A stretch of 63,603 nt of DNA, the filler included, from Globobulimina sp. (taxonomy: Eukaryota), in the NCBI GenBank assembly GCA_003354225.1. It is 47 parts of 47 records of this genome, joined end to end, with 100 filler letters (N's around TTAATTAATTAA, not from the genome) between each part and the next. Parts side by side here need not be neighbours in the genome. Positions count along the whole stretch, not along the records: positions 23,053 to 24,308 come from PIVH01020001.1; positions 24,409 to 25,664 come from PIVH01020002.1; positions 25,765 to 27,020 come from PIVH01020003.1; positions 27,121 to 28,376 come from PIVH01020004.1; positions 28,477 to 29,732 come from PIVH01020005.1; positions 29,833 to 31,087 come from PIVH01020006.1; positions 31,188 to 32,442 come from PIVH01020007.1; positions 32,543 to 33,797 come from PIVH01020008.1; 39 more parts are not named here. The stretch is one strand, 5' to 3'. The notes beneath the pieces were generated by a model, which was given only the letters and a program-made list of their open reading frames with translations, was not told where the DNA came from and searched no databases. The position numbers and the translations under genes are program-made. This document shows positions 22,953 to 35,152 of the stretch, piece by piece; the stretch's first letter is position 1, and each line of letters opens with the position of its first letter.

Positions 22953-23262
22953 NNNNNNNNNNNNNNNNNNNNNNNNNNNNNNNNNNNNNNNNNNNNTTAA
23001 TTAATTAANNNNNNNNNNNNNNNNNNNNNNNNNNNNNNNNNNNNNNNNNNNNAAAGGTGATGGGTAGTGTACCTCAAAGTATGATGAGGAGCTCATTTGC
23101 TGCGGTGATGCTAAGAAAGAGAAGAGTTCTGAGGACATTGCATATTTAATTGTAGCAGATACCATTCGAAAAACGAAGATGATATTCCTTTTTACGATAA
23201 AAGGCAGGAATCGCTAAATCCTATAATTTGACACATCGCGCATACAAAAAACAGTCGAATTA

Positions 23263-24096
23263 CTATGTTTCTGATAAAATGTATTTATCATTTCTAGCTT
23301 CGAAATGTATTTCTTGTTGTTGTGGTAATTCAATTTTTTGTGCTTGAACCAAAAGATTATTCCTCATTGCTGATAAAACCACTTCTGATTTACATTGAAA
23401 ATATCCGCCACAAATCATTTTTATATCACCACTTCTCACAGCAACACAATGTCCGATTCTTATATCCTGCAAAGCGTTGATATAAATATTGCCACACAGT
23501 GCCGACTTATTTTCAGATTCAGATTCATATAAATATTGCCACACAGCGTTGATATAACTATTTGATTGCATTTGCTTCAAATTGTATGTAGCGATGGATG
23601 AATCCGGCGAAATCGAGAAATTGTTACATCGAATATACAAATTCCCTTCACAAAGAATTTGAGCATGATAATCGAGGATTACATCGCCACCAACATTGAG
23701 GATGATATCGCCATTACAAACTATCTCGGAGTTATAGCCTAAATTTAAATCTTTTAATATTGTCAATCGCAGCATATTCGAGGTACATTCAAGCGAATGA
23801 TCTCTTGGCACATGGATCGTTTCCATAATATGTTCATTTGAGTCAATTGCATTGCATGGAAACTTGTTAATGCACTCTAAAGTTGGTCTGTCATAAAACT
23901 TGCTACAAAGCAATGCAACGTCCATCACAATATCTTTATCATTTATATCTCTGTAGATTCCAGATACCAATGATATAAACTTATTTGCATCCAATAGAAC
24001 TAAGTCATCCAATGTATTTTGTGGGATTTCATTTGGGATTTCTTTTGGGATTTCTTTTGGTGGTGTATCAAATGCAACGGCGAGAACATTGCCCAT
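23263..24096 (-). CDS. Hypothetical protein, possibly N-myristoylated, with a beta-rich repetitive C-terminal half
   Basis: Complete 277-aa ORF starting MGN; LVSGIYR..IVMDVALLCSKFY motif; repeated G-(D/N)-I-x-(L/I) units. Confidence 0.7.
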   Translation of the reverse strand: MGNVLAVAFDTPPKEIPKEIPNEIPQNTLDDLVLLDANKFISLVSGIYRDINDKDIVMDVALLCSKFYDRPTLECINKFPCNAIDSNEHIMETIHVPRDHSLECTSNMLRLTILKDLNLGYNSEIVCNGDIILNVGGDVILDYHAQILCEGNLYIRCNNFSISPDSSIATYNLKQMQSNSYINAVWQYLYESESENKSALCGNIYINALQDIRIGHCVAVRSGDIKMICGGYFQCKSEVVLSAMRNNLLVQAQKIELPQQQEIHFEARNDKYILSET

Positions 24097-24454
24097 GTTT
24101 CAATCACCCACTCGCTGTGTATATTGAGTCGAGTTTTTATGACAGTTTTTCGACAGCAGTGACTCGAGTTGTTCGTCATGTTACCAACGTTACCGCATAT
24201 CGATGAAGATACAAAATTAGCCACTCAGTCCCCCGATGATCTGCCTATTTTTTTTTGATATGTGTGTTTTTATTATCTTTATAATTTGAAAAAAGTAAAT
24301 ACGGAACANNNNNNNNNNNNNNNNNNNNNNNNNNNNNNNNNNNNNNNNNNNNTTAATTAATTAANNNNNNNNNNNNNNNNNNNNNNNNNNNNNNNNNNNN
24401 NNNNNNNNAAATTTAAAAGTTTTTAAGTTGAAGCTATATATATAATTATCTAGA

Positions 24455-25664
24455 ATGGGTTGTGGAAATGCAGGTAATCAGGTTCAACCCGTTGAACATG
24501 ATACGGAGGCATATATTATTCATCTAATCAACAGTTCAAATATCCCAGTTTAATATTCCTGTTTTTGTTATCTTGTAATTCGATTAAATGCATGCATTAT
24601 TATATAGACGCGCGGTGTAGATATCTTGGAAGGAATTCAGGCATATTGCAAAATTAAAGTGAAAAGACCAGACGGAGATAAAAAACGTATAACCGCATCA
24701 AATAAACAATTTACAGAATGTAAAACTACAATTCGTCATTCTTCAGCTGAACCAGCATGGAATTGTTATAGAAAAATCATTGCGTCCAACAACGATATAA
24801 TACACATACAATTATTTGATGAAGACTGGTTTGTTGACGATTTCTTAGGTGTTGCTACCTTACCAATCGATGCCAATACAAAATTCAATGAAATAATCCA
24901 ATTATCCTTTACAATGACAACAGAATTCACTAAATTTGAAGCAAACATTGCTATAAAACTATATAAAGAAAGTGATTATTCGTTTCCACAGAAACGGATT
25001 TATTTCCTTCGTCATGGTGAAAGCGAATTTAATGCAGCATTACAAAAAACTGATTTGGTGCAAATGTACAGCAAAACGGACCATCCATTGACTGAACAAG
25101 GCATCAAACAATGTGAGGTGTTTAATAATAACATGAACAGCGAAGAAAATAAAGAGTTCAATGCCGTGGATGCAATATGGTCCTCTCCATTGACGAGAAC
25201 AGTACAAACAGCGCTCATTTCATTGGATAAACATCCGGTATTGATTAAAAATGGTATATTTTTGACATCCAACTGTCGCGAATTTAAATCGATCGGAGGT
25301 CGCGATAGTACCGGAAACAAATGCAGTGCTGGAATACGTGAAAGGTGTTTGAAAGAATTAAAAAAATATCGACCCGATGCGTATGTGGATAAGTTTGCGT
25401 ACATTGCATGGGATTTTAATGATACATGCTCGAAATGGTGGAGTGGTCTGAATGATAAATCGGATAAAGAGATTAATGAACGGTTTTATGATTTTGTGAG
25501 TTTTTTAAGATATCGACCGGAGAGAAACGTAATTATTGTTACGCATTCTGTGTTTATTCGGTATTTCTTTAAGAGATATTTGCCAAAGAAAGAGGATAAT
25601 AATATGTATTATGATGATATATTTGGTGAGCAGTATGAAACAAATTATGTGAATGACGATGATA
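24455..25664 (+). CDS. C2 domain + histidine phosphatase (phosphoglycerate mutase family), intron 24548-24607, 3' partial
   Basis: Spliced start MGCGN; C2 motifs EPAWN and LFDEDWFVDDFLG; IYFLRHGESEFN, SSPLTRTVQTA, IIVTHS. Confidence 0.88.
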
Positions 25665-25764
25665 NNNNNNNNNNNNNNNNNNNNNNNNNNNNNNNNNNNN
25701 NNNNNNNNTTAATTAATTAANNNNNNNNNNNNNNNNNNNNNNNNNNNNNNNNNNNNNNNNNNNN

Positions 25765-26717
25765 GGTATACAAATAAAATCAATATGCCTCTTTTCAAAA
25801 ATAACAACCTTTGTCGATGACACCTCGTTATTATCGATAGTCCCATTTAATAAACGAAAAAAAATCAATTATGATATGATACAAAATGATCAAAATAAAG
25901 CGATTGAATTAATTTTTGATTTTTATGAAAAGAATAATTTGGTGGTAAATAAGTCCAAATTAAAAAAAATCACATTTCATGGAAATAAAAAAAAAAGTTA
26001 CACACCAAATATTATCCAAATTAAAATAATGAAAATGATGAGAAAATTGAATTAATTGAAGAAGATCACTTAAAATTAGTCGGACTATGGCTCGATAAGA
26101 AATTGAATGGCAAGAAAATGATATCCCATATTAAACAAAAGATGGGTATGGCCATAAGCGGCCTAAACATTATTTTTAAACGAATTCCGAGAATAAATAT
26201 ATTCACTAAATTGTTATTGCTATCGTCATATGTTACGTCTATAATGAATTACGCAGCGATGATATGGACAAATATGGCCAATGAATCTGATTTAAATCAA
26301 CTCAGAAAAATATATTATCGACAAATAAAACGTTTAATTGGTGCCAATAAACAAACATCGTACATCACACTGTGTTTTTTTACCGGTATGAAAAATTTAG
26401 ATATAATATGGCATAAAACAAAAGCTACGTATTTCAGCAAATTATTACGAAATAATGAAGATAACCCAATGAAGATTAAAACAGAAACAACGCATCATTT
26501 TATGAATAGATGTAACCAGTACACCCAGTTACGTCTGGAAAGAGATAATAAATACAAAAATTTGTATGAACAACATGATATTTATTTGGATAACACATTA
26601 AAACCGATTATTTTTCCAAATCTAAAATTAAATATGAATGATCGAATAAGACATCACAAGATAACAATAAATTATATCTTTAATACACACAGATTCAAAA
26701 AATATATTGATTTATGA
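25765..26717 (+). mobile_element. Non-LTR retrotransposon RT C-terminal region, frameshifted
   Basis: TTFVDDTSLL, NNLVVNKSK, then in another frame LKLVGLWLDKKLN..HI and SIMNYAAMIW. Confidence 0.8.
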
Positions 26718-27120
26718 CTATATTGAACTCTTTGCGTTTTGTCTATGATGCAAATTGAGCCTTATTACGTAAATATCTTCGATCTTTTATGATATACAAT
26801 AAACAGAATTTTGTTTTGATTATTTTGTTAAAATTGTTTTATTTTTTACACAAAAACTCTTTTCTTTTGATTGATTACAAATCTTTTTATTATTTTTCTC
26901 TAAATTATATTTGCTTACTTTTTGATTGTTTGGTTTTTTATTTTTCTTAACATTTTTGTGCATGCTGTTGATCTATTGTAAGACGCATGGTTATTTAAAC
27001 TAAGGGCTTTGTTATAGGTCNNNNNNNNNNNNNNNNNNNNNNNNNNNNNNNNNNNNNNNNNNNNTTAATTAATTAANNNNNNNNNNNNNNNNNNNNNNNN
27101 NNNNNNNNNNNNNNNNNNNN

Positions 27121-28376
27121 ACCAGCAACAAAAAAATAGAAAATATTGAATCAACGAACCATGAAGAACCACAACAAAGTGATGAGAAAACCAGTGACAA
27201 GGAAAAAGAGACATTATTGCTAAACAAATCATTATATTTCACCGTCACAACACAGCAGCAAACAGAATTAAACATTCCATCAAATATTTCGACATTACCA
27301 GATTTCTTTGGTGAGGGCGAATCCATCGAAATGCAACCATTAATCCAATATTTTGAAGATGGAAAATGGGATCGAATGGATGAGGACCAAAATAGTAAAT
27401 TATTAAATGTCATAAAAAAATTACAGCATATAAATCAAGGCAATACAGAAAACAAAGAAAATCTCAACGCAGAGGACAGTGAACAAATATACGAGTATTT
27501 AGTAGACATTGTCGAAAGACGTTTGCAAGAAAATGTGTTAGATTTTGGGGCTGCAAACACATGGAACCAATTAACAGTGCAACATTTATGGGAAATTGGC
27601 GACATTGTCACCTTTTTTGGTGAATATATATACACTGAGCAGATTATAAATGGTCTGTTCGATTTAGGCTCATTTTGGTTGCACTCTGTACCAAAACATC
27701 ATGTTAAAAGTGCCAATGGCGAATGGATTGGTGGCTTTGTTCATGTTTTACAATATGTCGAAATGCAGTCACAATTAGAGGACGATGCGGAGGCAAAAAC
27801 AGCGCTATTGAACAAATTCAATGCGTTAAGAGATGGCGCTTTTGATAAGATATTGGATTATTTGAAGATGGATCCTATTCGGTTAGGTGATGATAAATCG
27901 TTTAAAAATCATCTGATGTTTCTCAGTATCAATGCTTTCGAATATATTCAAAATGAATGGCCGCAAATCAAACAACTGTCAATCAATGCGCTGGATAAAT
28001 TAGCTCGTGTTTTGAACAGGAAATATGAACAAGAAAAATGGGCTGAATCCATTGGCAATGTCGAGGTTGTTAAACCATTTAGATCTGGATTGAGGTGTGT
28101 TGATATTGCAATAATTGGATATATAATATGTTCATTGAAATTAAATCGTTTTCAGACAAGATGATGCGACGGTGCATGGTGAATGCGAATGGTATATTAT
28201 GGGTGATATGAAGCTTCCTGATGTGGATAAATTGGAGCTACATTGTACTGGGATGGGACTGGATTATAATGGATTGGTAGATGGGGAGAATGAGGAAGTT
28301 TATTTTGACGTAGAGTTGCCGTGCCGGATGGTTTATGTTTATTTCTTGCGAGCAATAGCATGCAAAGTGAATGATG
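27121..28376 (+). CDS. Hypothetical protein, intron 28095-28155, partial at both ends
   Basis: A 61-nt GT..CAG intron joins ORFs 27217 and 28172 in frame. Confidence 0.65.
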
Positions 28377-28476
28377 NNNNNNNNNNNNNNNNNNNNNNNN
28401 NNNNNNNNNNNNNNNNNNNNTTAATTAATTAANNNNNNNNNNNNNNNNNNNNNNNNNNNNNNNNNNNNNNNNNNNN

Positions 28477-28735
28477 GTTGCTAATAATATTAAAATATAT
28501 TTATATCCGCCAAGTATGTCATAAAATATTGTTTGCATTAACAATTTGTTTGGAGTTTCATTATCATGATTTTCATATTTCTCTATAAATTTATTTAATA
28601 AATTTCCTGCTCTATCTGTAACATCAATATTTTCAATGTCACTCTCAACAATGTTTCTATTTTTACCAATATTAATAACATGAAACATCCAATAGAATGT
28701 CAATTTGGACCATAACGGCGAGTGTGTTTGTCTCC
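28477..28735 (-). CDS. ABCC/MRP transporter lasso (L0) region fragment
   Basis: [42 protein letters not shown] fits the ABCC S-x-LTF-x-W..G..D motif. Confidence 0.75.
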
Positions 28736-28900
28736 AGGTTGGAGCGCCCTCTGCCTCCAAATCCGTTATTTTCCGGCTCAACGTCACCACAGAAACCATC
28801 AATGCATAATGGCTCAGCATCACGCCTTTGGGGTCTCCCGTCGTGCCCGAAGTGTAGCAAATTGTGCAGAGATCGTCCGGTGTTCTTAATAACGACGAGC
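28736..28900 (-). CDS. Long-chain acyl-CoA synthetase fragment (AMP-binding signature)
   Basis: [24 protein letters not shown] at 28809-28880; GC-richer than its flanks. Confidence 0.85.
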
Positions 28901-28931
28901 TAGCTAAACTTACACAACTTTACTTGTCACA

Positions 28932-29510
28932 ATGGCACTGAAAACTGCGGACGGAGAGGGATACGAAGAAAAAGAAGTAGCACCTAATGCAGCAGCAGAA
29001 GAAATGCAGCAGCCTCGCAATCGTTATGATATGGTAAGTCCGTATATATTTTTGCATTGATTAGTGACGAATCAAACATCAAACATGTATACACTGATAA
29101 AATAACATATATACAATAATACAACTATGTACAGGGGATTTGTGATCTGGTCGGTGGTGGACGCAGACAATGCAAGTGAGAAAATGGGTGACGCCCAGTC
29201 TTTTATTGTAGATTATTTTGGCTGGTTTTACATAGCATCATTGATAGTGTTTGGTTCCGCATCGCTATATTTTATGTGCTCTGTTTTTGGAGATATTAAG
29301 TTAGGGCCAGAAGACGAACCACCTAAATATCCCTTATTCACTTGGTTTAGCATGTTATTCAGTGCAGGTCTTGGGACTGGATTGTATTTCTTTGGTATTT
29401 ATGAACCAGTCTATCATTTGGATACTATGCAAAGCGGTTCTTCGCGATGGTACCATTTAACTACAAACCAGCAAGCCATGGAAGCATTAAATATCACTTG
29501 GTTCCATTGG
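28932..29510 (+). CDS. BCCT (betaine/choline/carnitine) transporter, intron-containing, 3' partial
   Basis: FGWFYI..FGDIKLG..TWFSMLFSAGLGTGLYFFGIYEP..TWFHW; GTAAGT donor at 29034, TACAG acceptor at 29134, GTATG donor at 29511. Confidence 0.9.
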
Positions 29511-29834
29511 GTATGCAATATGTATTAAAAAAAGTCAAAAAGAAAATCAAAGATATAGTCATTGGACATCATATGGAGGACATTGGAATGGATAAAAATA
29601 TATGTTTGTTGCGATATGGATATAAATATAAATGGAATCAAGTTTAGAATGCGCTGCAAATGATTTAGAGAGTGGTTCGTGTGCCAATTGGATACACGAC
29701 GCACATTTAGAAGGAGTATCAATGAACAAATANNNNNNNNNNNNNNNNNNNNNNNNNNNNNNNNNNNNNNNNNNNNTTAATTAATTAANNNNNNNNNNNN
29801 NNNNNNNNNNNNNNNNNNNNNNNNNNNNNNNNCT

Positions 29835-29912
29835 AGCAATTCTGTGGGAAATGGTCAATCACATAACAACATGCCACCATATTGTGTGCTTTCTTACATA
29901 ATGAAATTGTAA
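29835..29912 (+). CDS. C-terminus of a phage tail-collar / tail-fibre-like protein
   Basis: SNSVGNGQSHNNMPPYCVLSYIMKL* matches the G-x-G-x-x-HNN-x-x-PY-x-x-L-x-YI-x-K terminus of tail-collar proteins; not in the ORF track. Confidence 0.8.
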   Translation, partial: SNSVGNGQSHNNMPPYCVLSYIMKL

Positions 29913-30044
29913 AATATTGTACTTATATGCTTTTCAGTTTATGTACAGCAAATATTTCACCCAAAGGAGAATTTTGTGTCACAAAAGAGATGACTGTACA
30001 AAAACTAAACTGCAGCACTAAAATCTCTAGGTAACTAACTTTGC

Positions 30045-31055
30045 ATGGCACTTGCTTCGGATACAAATCCACCAAACTCTCACAACAGACTGACCTCACA
30101 ACTACTACGAGCGATTGATAATTGCATGGACGAATTGCAAAAGCAATTGAATAAAAACCCAAACTCCCGTATTCATAATAATCATTTTAAAATTGAGCGG
30201 GAAGAAAAGACGTTTGACAATAACAATTATCATAGGAAGAATAATAAAAGATCGCGGAATAAGAACCCATCCGTTTATATGAGCAAACGTCTATCTTTTT
30301 ATTTACGTCATGGTGCCGAGAAAGCCGGTCTTAAGATTCGCAATGATGGCTATGTAAAAATCTCAGATATTTTGAATTTGAATGAATTCAAACAAAACAA
30401 GGCAACCTTTGATGTGATTAAAAACATCGTTGATACCAACGACAAGAAACGATTTTCGATGATCGAGGAAAATAAGAGATGGCTTATTCGAGCAAATCAA
30501 GGACATTCCATAAAATCTATCAAATCAAAAGAATTATTAAATGAGATTACAATGAATGACATTGATAGATTTCCCGTTGTCTGTCATGGCACATATTTGA
30601 AAGTGTGGGATATCGTAAAAATGCAAGGACTAAAAACCATGTCGAGAAATCATATCCATTTTGTTCCTTCTGATTCGGTGAATGGCCGAGGTGTAATATC
30701 TGGGATGCGGTATAACTGTCAAATATTAATTTATATAGATTTAAAATATGCGTTGCGTGATGGTATAAAGTTCTTTCTCTCTTCAAATAATGTTATTCTA
30801 TCTTCTGGCGCCAATGGACAATTATCGCCAAAATATTTCACAAAGTTATATGTGTCTAACTCTCTCTATGTAATAATATAGATAATTATATATAATATAT
30901 ACAGGGTAACGACTTTTGAAAAAGGAAAACCAGGCAAAATAATATGGATTAATGAGAGCTCAAACTTAAATTCAGACAATGAAAAAAGTAACAATAATAA
31001 TAATAATTATAAATTTAACAATAATGTTGTTCGAGATAGCTGGCATTCAGATTAA
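30045..31055 (+). CDS. TPT1: tRNA 2'-phosphotransferase (Tpt1/KptA), intron 30845-30904
   Basis: SKRLSFYLRHGA, NDKKRF, IRANQGHS, HGTY, MSRNHIHF; the 60-nt intron restores the frame to TAA at 31053-31055. Confidence 0.93.
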
Positions 31056-31279
31056 AATAATAAATATTACTCATCCTTGCACTTTATNNNNNNNNNNNNN
31101 NNNNNNNNNNNNNNNNNNNNNNNNNNNNNNNTTAATTAATTAANNNNNNNNNNNNNNNNNNNNNNNNNNNNNNNNNNNNNNNNNNNNAGATTGCCATTCA
31201 TTTTTAAAAAACATTTATAAATCACATGGTAATTTATACAGAAACAGTAACAACAATTTAAAAAACAATAATAATTTAG

Positions 31280-32107
31280 GCGTATGTTACGGTTTATCCA
31301 TTTGCAGTGGAAATGCGTGGTGGTTTCCCCTCATGTATATGTAGTGGGAGTATTATTGATTTGGGTGAACGACATTATTTACAAGAATCGAGAGCAGCAA
31401 CAATATTAACAGCTGCACATTGTGAAAAATGTGCTGTAGAAGTATATGTTGGTTGCAATAATCCATCACTATGCAATGGCGCTACCGTCTATGTTGGCAA
31501 TGCGTCATCATTTAAAACATGGAGCTATGAGATACCGGTAAGGTTCAGCAACGATATTGATATATTTCAGCTTGAAATAACAGCAGCAAATAATTATGGT
31601 GTAATTGATGATCCATCCAACGCGGTAGCAATCACATTAAATAACAATGTTTTGAATAATCAGTATGTAAATCGGGTTACTGGCTACGGTATTGATCAAA
31701 CACGTAACTTACCACTGTCATTACAAAGTGGTGCAACACAATATATGTCCAATATGGATTGCAATGCTGCGTTGGAAGCGGATGATGTTGAGATTGAAGC
31801 AAATATGATTTGTGTGCAGGACAGAGTTGATATGGATGCGCCAGTTACTATATGCTCGGGAGATAGTGGTGGACCATGGACTTATTATAATTCAACAAGT
31901 GATGAATTTACACAATATGACGTTACTTCATTTGGCTTGGCTGCACTTATCGGAGGTTGTGGTGATTATGAATGTAAATGTTGTCCAGATTATCCACAAG
32001 TTGGCTCAAATGTTGGTTATTTTATTGGATGTATTTGTGATGTTATTGGAAATGACAATAATCGAGGATGTGCAATGCAAAATCTTCATCAGTGTCCATA
32101 TAATTAA
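31280..32107 (+). CDS. Trypsin-family (S1) serine protease, 5' partial
   Basis: Catalytic triad motifs ILTAAHC, NDI and ICSGDSGGP; Thr at the S1 specificity position suggests non-tryptic specificity. Confidence 0.9.
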   Translation, partial: AYVTVYPFAVEMRGGFPSCICSGSIIDLGERHYLQESRAATILTAAHCEKCAVEVYVGCNNPSLCNGATVYVGNASSFKTWSYEIPVRFSNDIDIFQLEITAANNYGVIDDPSNAVAITLNNNVLNNQYVNRVTGYGIDQTRNLPLSLQSGATQYMSNMDCNAALEADDVEIEANMICVQDRVDMDAPVTICSGDSGGPWTYYNSTSDEFTQYDVTSFGLAALIGGCGDYECKCCPDYPQVGSNVGYFIGCICDVIGNDNNRGCAMQNLHQCPYN

Positions 32108-32542
32108 CATTAAGCATATATAGTTATAAGTATATGTGAAAGTAAATCTATTTTGTTTAGAGTCAGGTGCAAGGATCTTACATCCGTGAAAAACGTACTT
32201 TTCTGGACTCGCTTGCTTATAACACGTATCGATCATCGATAAATTATCTGATTGAATTGCTTTCATTCCACACCAACAGGAAGCAAAAAACAACCAACCA
32301 ACACAATACAAACACAAATTAATGTCACTACAATTGCTCTACGATAAATAATTTCCTTAAATCCAACTATTCCGATTAAAACCGCTACACAAATTGAACA
32401 TTCCCGAATAGGAATCGCCATCGAATAATCAATTAACTTATANNNNNNNNNNNNNNNNNNNNNNNNNNNNNNNNNNNNNNNNNNNNTTAATTAATTAANN
32501 NNNNNNNNNNNNNNNNNNNNNNNNNNNNNNNNNNNNNNNNNN

Positions 32543-33797
32543 CACAGCCGGCCGACACACTGCAAAATAAACCCGTACCATCCTCTAAAAATACATGCAC
32601 CGACGTCGAGTCCGTACCGTGTGCCAAATACTGCAACAACGAATATTTCTCTTTGTGCAAATGAGTCCGAATCTCCTTCCAAGCGCCAATGAATGAATAG
32701 AACTCCAAGATAGCAGCAACTCCGCATAGCAAAATGCCCACTTTTACATCAGATATAACATGTATTGAATCATTGAGGAACAGTCCGTAAATGGAGCCAT
32801 ACATCGCATTAAAGCCCATACCAAACAGTACAGTGCCGGATAGGAACGATACGACCCATCGAGAGGCACCGTAACCATACGGATGGTTATAGTTTGGATC
32901 CGTCGCTGATAAGCGAATGGACAAAAATAGCAATCCCTGGTTGGTCACATCGCAAACAGAGTGCAACGTTTCTGCCCACAACGAATAACTCGACGTATAT
33001 AAATATACGCCATATGTTATAAATAGTTTGCCCAGATTTGCCTTTATGGCCCTTTTGACCACAGATTTGCCCCTCTCTCTTTCTTCTGAGTTGTTGTCTG
33101 AAAATATCTGCTTCACTTTGTGCGAAAATAGCCATTTGAATAACGGCGTCTCTTCCGGTAATAAGTTGTCTCTTTGCCAACCGTATAAGGCTTCATATTG
33201 CACCTTGGAATCGATGTTCTTTTTGAATCTTTTATACTGTGTATTAAGTGTATGCTTGTTGCGGTTTTGCGTGTTATTATAATGCGACATACCCATAAGT
33301 TGACCACCTGAGCGCCATAAATGTCGCAGGATTTTTGCCATACATCGCGCAGATAATACCATGTATATACGTCGCATTTTGCATTCGTTTGTTCGGATTT
33401 ATACGGATCTTCTTTACGAATGGCAGTTAATTCTGATAATTGAGTATGGGTCAAACGAAATACATCTTGTGCATCCTCGCTTTTTTATTGGTTGTTTATT
33501 GATTATAAATTGGATATATTTGCAATGCATAAAAGATTTGTAACTTACACACCAATGAGAACCCAGTCGGGTCGCTCGGAGATTGGTGTATCATCTTCGA
33601 AAAACTGCGAACGTTTTAGGTCAGCATTAGGCTGTTCACTGTATTCGTTTGTTTCATCTATAATGACATTATCAAAGTTATCATTTGTTGGTTTGTCGGA
33701 AAAATATAACGATTGTCTGTAAGATGTAATAGTTGTTTTATTGTGGTTGCGGTGGTGATTGTGAGTATGAAATTTCCTTAGTTTTATTGATGATATT
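32543..33797 (-). CDS. SLC30A9: Cation diffusion facilitator ZnT9-like, at least two introns (one at 33237-33292)
   Basis: AETLHSVCDVTNQGLL, HPYGYG, VFLEDG; upstream exons encode the ZnT9-type domain (FRLTHTQLSEL..IRKEDP..YYLRDV). Confidence 0.8.
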
Positions 33798-34069
33798 NNN
33801 NNNNNNNNNNNNNNNNNNNNNNNNNNNNNNNNNNNNNNNNNTTAATTAATTAANNNNNNNNNNNNNNNNNNNNNNNNNNNNNNNNNNNNNNNNNNNNATT
33901 GTGTGTCATGGTGTAACACGAGAAGATTTTAGTGAAATTGTGTGATGCACTAAAAAAAAAAAACATTTCAAACATGCAAATCACATCGAAACAGTTATAT
34001 CATGCTTATATCTATCATGACAACTAAGTTCCAACATGATCCGAACCAACAATACAATTATATAAAAAA

Positions 34070-35152
34070 TCATTTACTTGCTCCTGGCTTTGCAGTGGTA
34101 TCAACGTTGACAACTTTTAATTCCCCGTCATTCGGATCAATATAACTCAAATCAATCCCATTCTGATTATATGTCAATTTTATTTGAAATTGCACTCTAT
34201 TCTTTGACGGATTATGAATGGGAATGCTAAACTTCTTAATCGCAAAACATTGCTTTCCCTCCTCCTCAGGCAGAGTCTCGCCATCCTCATTAAACACATA
34301 TTGACAAAATGCGTCCTCGGAAGCATATAAAAATATTTCCAAATGGTCCGCCAAAGCAGGGATCCAATAATCGAAATCCTCCGCATATCCATCACTATAT
34401 TCTTCATGTCTGCTCACCAATGAACTGAATGCATTCTCCACGATATCCTCCCCGCCGTCCACTCTTTTCCTGCGATTCGCAGCATCGCGGCCGGGGTTAA
34501 ACCGTCGATCAATCGCCATGCCATACGAGTATTTTGCGCGCGTTTTCTGTAACTTTCTCCGCTGACAAATCCAATACAAAGCGCCTTTCACCACTGTCAA
34601 ATGTGGCTGTCGCGGCGTAAAAAACACTTTGTTTGGGAACTCCTTCACTAATCTGAATGGAGCAAGTCATGCACAAATAAAATATAACAAAGCCGACACA
34701 AATTACAAACCTATCTATCAAATATTGAGAGCGCGCAAACCCGCCAACCACTATTATTTTGTCACAAGTTGACACCATGGCATTGTTGAACAATTCCTTG
34801 ACGAAACTCACAATTTTCGTCAATACCTCTTCATGCAAATGCAGCCAGCCCTTTTTGTTAATTTTCAAGTTAGTTCTGCCTAATTTGAACGAGCCGGACA
34901 CTTTTTCTTCTTTAGCGTCCACGTCCTCATAATTGACAATCTCGTACTGTTCAATATGTTTCTTCATCTTCTTATACTTTTCCTTATGTTTCTTGTTCTT
35001 CTTCATCTTGGTCAGCAGCCTATTGATGCCGTAACAAAACGAGACATTCCAACCATCCGTGTCTTTCAACTCCAGAGGACACGAAAACTTCGACATTACA
35101 AACTCCGTTTTCTGCCGCATCCACTGTGCCGGCTGATTGCTGCGGATCGGCT
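34070..35152 (-). CDS. HSP70-superfamily HSPA12-like protein, intron 34653-34710, 5' partial
   Basis: IIVVGGFARSQYL, PHLTVVKGAL and RAKYSYG; the 58-nt intron joins the two ORFs. Confidence 0.8.

Noticed and set aside
23080-23140. Box C/D snoRNA-like pattern (ATGATGA ... CTGA)
   Set aside because: No convincing rRNA-complementary guide next to the D box, and the stretch also reads as a plausible protein C-terminus; an Infernal or snoscan run would be needed.
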